UHGV virus genome: UHGV-1362914
Reading direction: 5' to 3' (one strand)
Source of the DNA: a virus
Length of the DNA: 59,343 bases
Shown here: in pieces, positions 1-7,751 of the stretch
Layout of the letters: every line of letters begins with the position of its first letter
How positions within the stretch are numbered: position 1 is the first letter of the stretch
Program-made: the position numbers and the translations under genes
Notes under the pieces: model-generated
The model's database searches: none
Told to the model about the DNA's origin: nothing
Seen by the model: the letters and a program-made list of their open reading frames with translations, nothing else

Positions 1-1010
1 GTGGGGCGCAACATAATGATCAGATCGATACCGGGATGGTCGAATCCTGTTGTTAGAACGTTGTTATTTGTTAAAGCCCTGAGTTTACCAGATTTGAAGT
101 CTGCAATCGCCTTGTCACGTTCCTTATCAGATATTTTGTTATGAACTGCCGCCGTAGGTATTCCTTTTTTGTTTAGAAGTTCTGCAACATCTTTGGCGTG
201 TTCAACACCAGCACAGAAGATGAGCCAGCTTTTACGATCTTGACCTACTTCCATTGCTTCAGCAATTGCGGCCTCGTTAGCTTCGGCTTTATTGACTGCT
301 GTTTGCAGTTCAGATGCAATGAAGTCACCGCCGCGTTTCTTAACTCCGTTTGTATCAAGCTGGAAGGATGTACGTTTAGGAACCACTGGCATTAAATAGC
401 CTTCGTGAATGAACCAGTTGAAGAATTCCACCGAAGAACCGTCAAACACAATGTGGTCAAACATCGCATCGATACCAGCTTCTTCGTCACCTTCCTGGCG
501 AACAATGGAACCAAAACCTAAACGATAAGGAGTTGCTGTCAAACCTATCACTTTGAGGTATGGGTTTACTTCTTTAAGTGCCGCAAAGAATTTTTTATAA
601 GCAGTCGCTTCGCTAGGACTAATTAAGTGGCATTCGTCGACCATAATAATGTCAACTTTACCAAATAAATGAGCTTTCTTAGCAACTGATTGGATACCCG
701 CGAATATGATTTGATCGTGTATTGATTTTTTCTTTAATCCAGCGGAATAGATACCAGCTGGGGCTTCGGGCCACAGCTTTATCATTTTGTCATAGTTCTG
801 AGCGATAAGCTCTTTCACGTGTGTGAGTAGCATAGCTTTCTGGCCCGGGAACCAGGTCAGAAGCAAACGAAAGAACTCCGCAATAACCAGACTTTTACCT
901 GTACCCGTAGGCAATACAATCACAGGATCACCAGAAGCGGCCTTATGCTTGTCGAAGTAACGAAATACACTGTAAACCGCTTCATTTTGATAGTCACGAA
1001 GTTTGAACAT
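1..1010 (-). CDS. SF2 DEAD/DEAH-box DNA helicase, N-terminal part (ATG at 1010..1008; gene continues at 59343..58350 across the window junction)
   Basis: Reverse translation gives MFKLRDYQNEAVYSVF...LPTGTGKS (Walker A), MVDECH (motif II), TATP (III), TTGFDHP (V). The reading frame continues exactly into the window end. Confidence 0.75.
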   Translation of the reverse strand, partial: MFKLRDYQNEAVYSVFRYFDKHKAASGDPVIVLPTGTGKSLVIAEFFRLLLTWFPGQKAMLLTHVKELIAQNYDKMIKLWPEAPAGIYSAGLKKKSIHDQIIFAGIQSVAKKAHLFGKVDIIMVDECHLISPSEATAYKKFFAALKEVNPYLKVIGLTATPYRLGFGSIVRQEGDEEAGIDAMFDHIVFDGSSVEFFNWFIHEGYLMPVVPKRTSFQLDTNGVKKRGGDFIASELQTAVNKAEANEAAIAEAMEVGQDRKSWLIFCAGVEHAKDVAELLNKKGIPTAAVHNKISDKERDKAIADFKSGKLRALTNNNVLTTGFDHPGIDLIIMLRP

Positions 1011-1011
1011 T

Positions 1012-1929
1012 TTATCTACCGTAATAATTGGCCATTTCGTAATGAGAACATGCGGCTATTTGTTCATCTGTTGTTATTGTTCTGTTTACTACAGGGTTGA
1101 TACATTTCCAAGTACCATCTTCAACAACCCTGGAATAAGAACAAGTTCTACAGCTGACTAAAGGTGGCTCATTTCTGTAGCAGTTATCGGAGAAATCACA
1201 CATCTTACATTCAAACCAGCTAGCACCTTTCGTACTTAATCCTACAGGAGGTTCCTCAGCCATTACAACCTTACATCCGCGGTCAATGAATTGGTCTGCT
1301 ACAGCGGCATCGAGAGGGATTAATTCGCAATATATTTCATCGTCGTTTTTATTTACTGCGATGTATAAACAAGCCGCTAAACCCATCTTTCGCATATATA
1401 CCTGGACCTGCGCGTAGTGCATCGGCTTAGAAACTTTCATACCATCCTTTAAAAGTTTCTTAAAGCTTTTATCGCCGTGGGTCTTCATTTCAGTCAATAT
1501 AGCTTGATTTGGATCTGGCATATCAGGACAACCAACGACAATACCATCAATAGCCGAGCCGAAATGACCGCCTAGTTCGCTAATGCGAAATTGATTACCT
1601 TCTACATCTTGCTGCCAGACTTTAAATCCCGCAGTTAACAGCATAGCAATGAAACGACCTTCCTCCATGTGCCCGCGGTTAAACAAGCGAATGATACGAC
1701 CATGGTGCTTAGGTCTTGCTACCCAACGAAATTGAAAGAACAATTTACGGGCGCAAGGGTCGCCGATTGTGGATACCCCTAAATGAGATCGTCTGCCGTT
1801 TCGCGGGTCAAAGGCGTCGCTAATTGTTGGTATTACTTTACCCAACCACTCTCGATATTTCGAACCTTGGTCTTCTTCTATTTTTTGGTCGATTAAGTTT
1901 TTAGTCTTTTCTGCTAAATAGATTGGCAT
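1012..1929 (-). CDS. PD-(D/E)XK recombination exonuclease (YqaJ/Cas4/RecB-like) with C-terminal Cys cluster
   Basis: Motifs AIDGIV...LTEMK (D...ExK). C-terminus has multiple Cys (CKMC..C..C..C). RBS AAGGA 7 nt upstream of ATG. Confidence 0.6.
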   Translation of the reverse strand: MPIYLAEKTKNLIDQKIEEDQGSKYREWLGKVIPTISDAFDPRNGRRSHLGVSTIGDPCARKLFFQFRWVARPKHHGRIIRLFNRGHMEEGRFIAMLLTAGFKVWQQDVEGNQFRISELGGHFGSAIDGIVVGCPDMPDPNQAILTEMKTHGDKSFKKLLKDGMKVSKPMHYAQVQVYMRKMGLAACLYIAVNKNDDEIYCELIPLDAAVADQFIDRGCKVVMAEEPPVGLSTKGASWFECKMCDFSDNCYRNEPPLVSCRTCSYSRVVEDGTWKCINPVVNRTITTDEQIAACSHYEMANYYGR

Positions 1930-1986
1930 CTCATTATCCTTAGATAAAAATAGCGCCCGGAGGCGCTATTAATTACGGGAGAGTGA

Positions 1987-2985
1987 TTAGGCTTGCGGCT
2001 GCTGCCACGGCGGAAGTTGCGCCTGAGCCGGGTGCGGAGGCTCAGCGGCAGCAGGTGCTGCTTGGGCTGCTGGCGCTTGCTGTGGCGCGGGTTGCGCGGT
2101 TTGCGTTGCCCACGGCGGCGTTGCTGCTGGCTGCTGTACCGGAGCAGGTTGTTCAGGTACAGGCTGTTGAACCGGGGCCGGAGCAGGTTGCTGGGCGGCT
2201 GCTGCTTGCTGCTGTTCCCATGCAATTTGCTCAGGGGATTTTACTGGCTGAGCAGGTGCCGGAGCAGGCTGCGGAGCAGGAGCCGGGGCAACTGGAGCAG
2301 GAGCCGGGGCAACTGGAGCAGGAGCCGGGGCAACTGGAGCAGGTTGAGCCGCTTGTGGTTGTTCCCACGGTTGAGGGCTGTTCTGCCAAGGTTGAGCAGG
2401 CGCCGCGGGTGCCGGTTGAGCTGCGGCCGGTGCAGCAGGTACGGCAGCAGGTTGGGTCGGTGCAGCTGGAACAGCGGGAGCAGCGACGCCTGGCATAGCC
2501 GGGGCGGCACCAGGGAACGGAGCAGACGCAGGAGCAGCACCAGCAGGGCGCGAACCAGGTTGAACTGCCAGAGCGCGATTAACGGTAATCATGTCGTAGC
2601 CGTTGGCTTTGTTACGATCTTCGTAGTCAGAACCTTCTTCCGCTTTATCAATTTTCAGCTTGATATGGAAGGGTTTATTGTGAAGCTCTTCAGTTTGCGA
2701 CCAACGTGGATGTTGACACGCCATAGAAAGAGCTGCCAGCTGTTCATGACCAATACGAACAGCGTCTTCGCTCGCGTTAACGACGTTATAGTCGAGGAAT
2801 ACCTTACGCCCTTTGGCAAAAGCCGGTGCGGTGATCTCAGCAACGAAATCGAGAGCTTGACCGCCGGAGTTAGTAGTACGCGATTTCGATTCGATGATTA
2901 CCGCCTGATACCAACCTTTAGGCAGTGCTTCGAAGTTCATCGCTGCGCCAGCGTGTTGGCTAGCATCAAATTGGAATTGAGCCAT
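1987..2985 (-). CDS. DUF669-like phage ssDNA-binding/recombination-associated protein with ~200-aa Pro/Ala/Gln-rich low-complexity tail
   Basis: The N-terminal ~130 aa (MAQFQFDASQ...NFEALPKGWYQAVI...) resemble DUF669 proteins that accompany Sak4. The start shares 1 nt with the Sak4 stop (TAATG). The tail contains PAPVAPA x3 and PW motifs. Confidence 0.5.
   Translation of the reverse strand: MAQFQFDASQHAGAAMNFEALPKGWYQAVIIESKSRTTNSGGQALDFVAEITAPAFAKGRKVFLDYNVVNASEDAVRIGHEQLAALSMACQHPRWSQTEELHNKPFHIKLKIDKAEEGSDYEDRNKANGYDMITVNRALAVQPGSRPAGAAPASAPFPGAAPAMPGVAAPAVPAAPTQPAAVPAAPAAAQPAPAAPAQPWQNSPQPWEQPQAAQPAPVAPAPAPVAPAPAPVAPAPAPQPAPAPAQPVKSPEQIAWEQQQAAAAQQPAPAPVQQPVPEQPAPVQQPAATPPWATQTAQPAPQQAPAAQAAPAAAEPPHPAQAQLPPWQQPQA
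2273..2344. repeat. 21-bp tandem repeat x3 (agccggggcaactggagcagg unit), coding for PAPVAPA heptads on the minus strand
   Basis: Direct reading of 2281-2344 shows period 21 with perfect copies. Confidence 0.7.
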
Positions 2986-3719
2986 TATTGATTACCTTTT
3001 GATTTGATCTTGTTGATGATATAACCCAGGTGAGGAAACTCGAACTCGGCGAGTGCTCCTGACCGATCTTTTGCACTATCGTTTAATCCTGGTTGAGTCT
3101 GTAAGACTCGTTGCTTGCTACCATCGGCACCAGGCATAACCTGATATCGAAATACTTCATCGAACAGATAAGGAAGTGCGGGCCCTAACTGTTGACCTGG
3201 CATTTTAGGCCCCCAAAGGAATTGACCTGTAACTTCGTCTTTTTCCTTTCCGAGCTTAGCAGACATATAAACATGCTTACCAGGAATATCACGGAACTTT
3301 TTGACCATTTCCAGGATCTTGTCTTGCATATCACCATAAGCTTTACGAGGATCTTTATGTTTCGGCTTATATTCGGCAAGTGCAATTTCACCCAGCTCAG
3401 ATAAAGAGTCAATACCAATCGAGTCAAAATGAGCTTGAGTATCCGGATGAATACACCACGCATAAGCTTCTTCAATCTCTGCAACGGTTTTGACAACAAT
3501 AGTCATAAAGTCGGTGGAATAAGATAAACCAGTCGGCCCGAAGATACGATCTAAGTTTTCCTTTTGCAGGGACAATAAACCGCCCTCTGCTGAAATAATA
3601 ACGGGCCGAGGCAATGTGGCCATAAGAGCCGTCTTACCCATACCCGCTTCAGCGTAATTAATCATTTTAACGCCCGAGTCTGCGACAATCTGACTCGAAT
3701 AAACCACTTGAATAGCCAT
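2985..3719 (-). CDS. Sak4-like RecA-family recombination ATPase (AAA_24-like)
   Basis: Walker A YAEAGMGKT near the N-terminus. Its size and position next to a DUF669 protein and an exonuclease are typical of a phage recombination module. Confidence 0.65.
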   Translation of the reverse strand: MAIQVVYSSQIVADSGVKMINYAEAGMGKTALMATLPRPVIISAEGGLLSLQKENLDRIFGPTGLSYSTDFMTIVVKTVAEIEEAYAWCIHPDTQAHFDSIGIDSLSELGEIALAEYKPKHKDPRKAYGDMQDKILEMVKKFRDIPGKHVYMSAKLGKEKDEVTGQFLWGPKMPGQQLGPALPYLFDEVFRYQVMPGADGSKQRVLQTQPGLNDSAKDRSGALAEFEFPHLGYIINKIKSKGNQ

Positions 3720-3822
3720 AACGCTACCTTTTGTCTTGGGGTGGTTAGTTTAAGCGATTATATTTTAGATCTGCAACCTGTTTATATGGACGCTTCTCTT
3801 TAATGTAACCACAATATCTGGC

Positions 3823-4158
3823 TTACAGCTTGCGAAGATGATTTAAATCGCGCTGGCGTATTACCTTACCCTTTAATTCGTTTGCTAACTCGTCTCGCAT
3901 TTTAAGCTGGCAAATATACAGATTAGCCATTTCCAAAGTAGGATCGATAGAGGTAGACATATCCAACAAAGTTCTACGCAAATGAGGATTTACCGCACGC
4001 TTTAAGCATTCACGAGCAGTATGCCTCATCGCTTCCGGGACAGGTCGAAGCTCGTTCTTAGCGAACCACATTGAAAGCTGTATGGTTGTAATAATATCCG
4101 GAAATTCATTGTACGCTGAGTTATTGATAACTTCCAGCGCCATGCGTTCTTTACCCAT
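3823..4158 (-). CDS. hypothetical protein
   Basis: ORF with coding periodicity in the early leftward operon. Confidence 0.4.
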   Translation of the reverse strand: MGKERMALEVINNSAYNEFPDIITTIQLSMWFAKNELRPVPEAMRHTARECLKRAVNPHLRRTLLDMSTSIDPTLEMANLYICQLKMRDELANELKGKVIRQRDLNHLRKL

Positions 4159-4408
4159 TTAAAGATTCTCCGTCTACGAAACGGGCAACATCGTCAGGGT
4201 TTCCACCGCCAGCTTTATAACCCAACGTATAAATATAGATATCGTGAGCTTTCATATACCCACCACACATCTTGCATTCAAAACCCGGACGAGGTGGTGC
4301 GGTAGTTGACCCTAATACATCCCCAAATTTATGACCAGCACAAGATCTCAATTTACGCTGATTTTCTTGTACTTGAACCCATAAGGCTTTCGCTTGTTCT
4401 TCATTCAT
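4151..4408 (-). CDS. hypothetical small protein with CxxC motif (start at MNEEQ; GGAGG 9 nt upstream)
   Basis: ECKMCGGY motif. The internal ATG has a better RBS than the track start. Confidence 0.4.
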   Translation of the reverse strand: MNEEQAKALWVQVQENQRKLRSCAGHKFGDVLGSTTAPPRPGFECKMCGGYMKAHDIYIYTLGYKAGGGNPDDVARFVDGESLNG

Positions 4409-5351
4409 CGTCATCTTCCTCCGGTGGTAGGATATCATTAATATCACGCCAAGATAAATAACGTGCTTGGCGTGGTTTCTCTTTTACACCAATAGGGAAA
4501 TGACGGAATTTGATTATTTTTTCCCCTGGTTGTATTTCACCAGACTGCCATTTTTCCCAGAGCTCAATACGCTCCGCATGAGTCATTTTACCAGGTCCGA
4601 TACGCGCCATATCGCCAGTATCAAGACGCTTAACCATAAGAGCGCCAGACATACCTTTGCCAATTTTATTGGCTTGGTGTGTACTTCTCTTTGTGAGACC
4701 CTGGGCATCGGTAAAAGCCTCATTTAAATTCTCCTCAGCTTCAAATACATCCATGAGATAACCTTCCGTATCTTCATACGGTTTACGTCGAGTATAGTTA
4801 CACTGTTTAGGTGTACACTTACCCCATTTATATTTTGCATCTGGATCACGTTGGATCAAACCTTCATAACCCATGTCTAGCCAGACCGCTTCTTGAGCTA
4901 GCAACTCCTCTTCGTTATTAACTTCAACGTAAGGAACGACCTGAAGATCTTCTAATTGCCCTATGCTATGCTGAAACTCAATCCAGTTCTTGAGCATGGC
5001 ATAGCGTTCACGATAAGGAAGATGTTGAACCGAAGGTTCACAAAGATCGAAAACGTGCCCAATTACCATAGGTTCGCCTTCTTGCGACATCACAGCTGAA
5101 ACTGTTTTACGGCAAAGATCGTCGTCAGTTTCTAAACCTGCCGCTAGTTCCATATCATATCCCTGATATAGAGGCTTACTAAAGTTCTCACGAGTGAAAA
5201 CATTAGGCATTAACGATAAAGTTCTGGTTAACAAAGTACCAAAAGGATTAAGCCCACGAACACCGTCAATCTTAGGCATAATCCAAGTGGGATAGCGCAC
5301 CATTGAAAGATCAGTGTTAACCGCACGGTAGGCGCGGAATTGTTTAGCCAT
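4401..5351 (-). CDS. ATP-dependent DNA ligase
   Basis: Adenylation motif I, MPKIDGVRG (KxDGxR). Start MAKQFRAY with GGAGAG RBS. About 316 aa, like T7/T3 ligases. Confidence 0.7.
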   Translation of the reverse strand: MAKQFRAYRAVNTDLSMVRYPTWIMPKIDGVRGLNPFGTLLTRTLSLMPNVFTRENFSKPLYQGYDMELAAGLETDDDLCRKTVSAVMSQEGEPMVIGHVFDLCEPSVQHLPYRERYAMLKNWIEFQHSIGQLEDLQVVPYVEVNNEEELLAQEAVWLDMGYEGLIQRDPDAKYKWGKCTPKQCNYTRRKPYEDTEGYLMDVFEAEENLNEAFTDAQGLTKRSTHQANKIGKGMSGALMVKRLDTGDMARIGPGKMTHAERIELWEKWQSGEIQPGEKIIKFRHFPIGVKEKPRQARYLSWRDINDILPPEEDDDE

Positions 5352-5901
5352 TTGTAACTCTCCGGCGAGAACGTAAATAATTAGACGATTGAGGTTTCTT
5401 CTTACGTTCCTGAATAGGTTCGTATGTTTCACCCCGGATAGAGGCTCTTTGTATTTGCATTTGGCGCTTAGCAGCAGCATCGCAATGGTTCTGAGCCCTT
5501 GTGCGATTGTTAGCGCCTATAGTATGCCCTGGCACATGTTTGTACCGCAATACAATACCAAAGCGATCTACAAGCCCCAGGACGTACTTCAAAACGTTGC
5601 TGAGCTGCTGGCAGTAAGGCTCTTGGCTTTCAGTTAATACTCGAATTGCAGTTAAGCTATCTGACTGAATAAGAATAACATCACTCTTAACAATCATTCC
5701 AGTGGAAAAGCCGTGCCACAAAGAATTTGCGATTGCCATTGCTTCTGCAACGTTATTATCAAAAGGCTTATCTAAAGTACCTTCAAAACCGTGACGACCG
5801 TTGTTATCAGTCGCTATCCATACACCATATCCAGCTGCTTTAGATTCAGAACAGAAAGAAGCATCTGCAATGATGGTAACTGTATTATTATTTTTCTTCA
5901 T
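5344..5901 (-). CDS. RNase H (RNase HI-like)
   Basis: Motifs IIADASF..GYG, EAMAI, HVPGH and a D near the C-terminus. About 185 aa. Confidence 0.6.
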   Translation of the reverse strand: MKKNNNTVTIIADASFCSESKAAGYGVWIATDNNGRHGFEGTLDKPFDNNVAEAMAIANSLWHGFSTGMIVKSDVILIQSDSLTAIRVLTESQEPYCQQLSNVLKYVLGLVDRFGIVLRYKHVPGHTIGANNRTRAQNHCDAAAKRQMQIQRASIRGETYEPIQERKKKPQSSNYLRSRRRVTNG

Positions 5902-5907
5902 TATTTT

Positions 5908-5932
5908 TCCAAAAGAGGGCCGAAGCCCTCTG
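5908..5932 (-). terminator. putative rho-independent terminator (AGAGGGC-TTCG-GCCCTCT + TTTTGG on minus strand)
   Basis: Perfect 7-bp stem with 4-nt loop between the 5939 gene end and the RNase H start. The T-run is short. Confidence 0.35.
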
Positions 5933-5938
5933 TTTCAG

Positions 5939-6373
5939 TTATTCAACACCTTTCGGCTTAATAAATTCGAGAGTACCGCTCGCAGGTTTTGTGGTTACGC
6001 ACTGATCGAAAATCTTATGCTGTTCTTCGTCCAGTTCGCGCCAGTTTTTGATTTTGAGAGAAGGTTTGCGTTCAATTAACTGGTCAACGTCAATACCTTT
6101 CTCACGCAAAGATGGTAGAAGGTTAGTCAACATAGCGTCGTCGACGTCACGTTGCAGTTTGTGAACAAATTTCAGACCATAGTTATTACCCAGGTCGAAA
6201 TTATTTGTACCTTCTTTAGGTGCTGTAAAAAAGGTTTTAATGATTTTCTGGCGAAGCATTGCTTCTTTTGCTTTCGCTTTAGCCAGATCTTTCTTAGCGC
6301 CGATCCACTCCATGATGTCTTCATTGGTGGCTTTTTCGGCTTCATCTGCATTGAAGTCAAATTCAGGGGTCAT
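5939..6373 (-). CDS. hypothetical protein
   Basis: ORF with plausible start; Lys-rich. Confidence 0.4.
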   Translation of the reverse strand: MTPEFDFNADEAEKATNEDIMEWIGAKKDLAKAKAKEAMLRQKIIKTFFTAPKEGTNNFDLGNNYGLKFVHKLQRDVDDAMLTNLLPSLREKGIDVDQLIERKPSLKIKNWRELDEEQHKIFDQCVTTKPASGTLEFIKPKGVE

Positions 6374-6385
6374 TTCTATCTCCTA

Positions 6386-6715
6386 TTATAATGCTTCATA
6401 AAAGTGAAGTACATAGGATTCACTAATATGTAGAGTTTTGATAAATTCACGTTTACGGAAAGGCATAACTTCACCGGTAACAAATACTTCAAAGCTACGA
6501 CCTTCACTAGACACTTGAGTATCGGCAGGTCTTTCAACCCACATATATAAAGAACCTTCCTGCATTGAGATATCAAGAACTTTGCTATCTTTAGCTAAAA
6601 ACATGCTGAAATTTTCAGCTCTTATTTTATATTTATGAATAACACGATCTTTTGTTCTTTCATTTTCGATCGTTAAACCCGGCATAATATTTCCAGTAGG
6701 TGTACTATTAGCCAT
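6386..6715 (-). CDS. hypothetical protein
   Basis: ORF in operon context. Confidence 0.4.
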   Translation of the reverse strand: MANSTPTGNIMPGLTIENERTKDRVIHKYKIRAENFSMFLAKDSKVLDISMQEGSLYMWVERPADTQVSSEGRSFEVFVTGEVMPFRKREFIKTLHISESYVLHFYEAL

Positions 6716-6735
6716 TTCTATCTCCTATCTAAGTT

Positions 6736-6777
6736 ATTGCCTACACCATTAGTATATAATAACTAACAATGTAGGCA
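6736..6777. promoter_or_regulatory. 9-bp perfect inverted repeat TTGCCTACA/TGTAGGCAA with 24-nt AT-rich loop containing TATATAAT
   Basis: Read directly from sequence. Lies between the dUTPase end and the next gene start; there is no T-run, so it looks like an operator or promoter element rather than a terminator. Confidence 0.3.
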
Positions 6778-6786
6778 AGACTCAAA

Positions 6787-7263
6787 TCACTTTAAATGAC
6801 GAGAAGCCATGATAGGTGAGCCTTTTGCAACGTTATCAGTGGAGCCAAAGCCGTTAGCTCCGCGCTCACCTTCCACCTGTGCCTTTTCTACTTCTTCGAG
6901 GACAGTGAACGGACGATAAATTAACATTGCCTGGGCAATAGCTTTACCGCGAGGCTGGAAATATGTTTCATTTCCGTCATTACGCAAACCTACCATGATA
7001 ACGCCACCATAGTCCTGGTCGATAACTCCCGTACCGTTTACCAACGTTACTTGGTTATTAAAGCCCTGCCCGCTGCGGCTAAACACCAGCAGAACATGGT
7101 CATTAGGAATTTGAGCAATCAATCCGGTGCTCGTTCGCTTCCATTCACCTGGTTTAATTTCTACATCTTCCATTGCAAAAAGGTCGAAACAAGCAGAATC
7201 TTTCGTTCCGCGTTTAGGCATAATTGCACGAGGATCTGTTCTTTGAATCTTTAAAGTAGGCAT
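6787..7263 (-). CDS. dut: dUTP diphosphatase (trimeric dUTPase)
   Basis: dUTPase motifs CFDLFA (GYDL-like), RSG, GVIDQDYGG and RGANGFGSTD. Confidence 0.75.
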   Translation of the reverse strand: MPTLKIQRTDPRAIMPKRGTKDSACFDLFAMEDVEIKPGEWKRTSTGLIAQIPNDHVLLVFSRSGQGFNNQVTLVNGTGVIDQDYGGVIMVGLRNDGNETYFQPRGKAIAQAMLIYRPFTVLEEVEKAQVEGERGANGFGSTDNVAKGSPIMASRHLK

Positions 7264-7724
7264 TACGTGTAACCTCCCGTTGTGATAATAAAGTCCGTCG
7301 CATGGGCGCGGAATATATCTTTAAAGTCGTCGAGCGTAATAATAGCACGAATCGGCGCCTTATTGTGGTAATACTCAAACTCTTCAGGGTTATGTACCCA
7401 GGGATTGAGCTCAAGCATTACAGACCACTTGCGCTTGTCCTTATATATCAGAACAGGGCGCTTCCTGGTTTCTGCCGCTGAAGTTACGCATTGTTTCCAC
7501 CAAGTATTCAGATTTAAGTTTTCCTGATTTTTGATTTCAAACGCATAACCGCATGTATTATCAATATCCATACCGCCTACAGCAGACTGATTCTGGCGTC
7601 GTTGGGCAATAGGCTTTGGCGGCAAAGGAATACCTAAAGTCTCATGAACTTCAGCATAGATATCGTTGCACCAATTTACAATATCCCTTTCGCCACGTTG
7701 ACCTTTAGCGCGGATATTAACCAT
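7263..7724 (-). CDS. PD-(D/E)XK nuclease, Holliday-junction-resolvase-like
   Basis: RGERD...MDID...FEIK arrangement (E, D, ExK). Start MVNIRAKG with GGAG 9 nt upstream. Confidence 0.45.
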   Translation of the reverse strand: MVNIRAKGQRGERDIVNWCNDIYAEVHETLGIPLPPKPIAQRRQNQSAVGGMDIDNTCGYAFEIKNQENLNLNTWWKQCVTSAAETRKRPVLIYKDKRKWSVMLELNPWVHNPEEFEYYHNKAPIRAIITLDDFKDIFRAHATDFIITTGGYT

Positions 7725-7751
7725 TCTCAATATCTCCACGTAATTTCATAG

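Noticed and set aside
1983-2991. Long ORFs in other frames and on the other strand (1983..2498 +, 1993..2991 +, 2241..2540 -, 1914..2225 -) across the 2000-2600 region
   Set aside because: They are shadow ORFs created by the GC-rich Pro/Ala/Gln repeat of the 1987..2985 gene. Only the minus frame has an N-terminal globular domain, an RBS, and a stop/start coupling with Sak4.
3185-3499. Antisense or alternate-frame small ORFs inside the Sak4 gene (3185..3499 -, 3192..3404 +)
   Set aside because: They lie fully inside a well-supported gene, have no RBS, and show odd composition.
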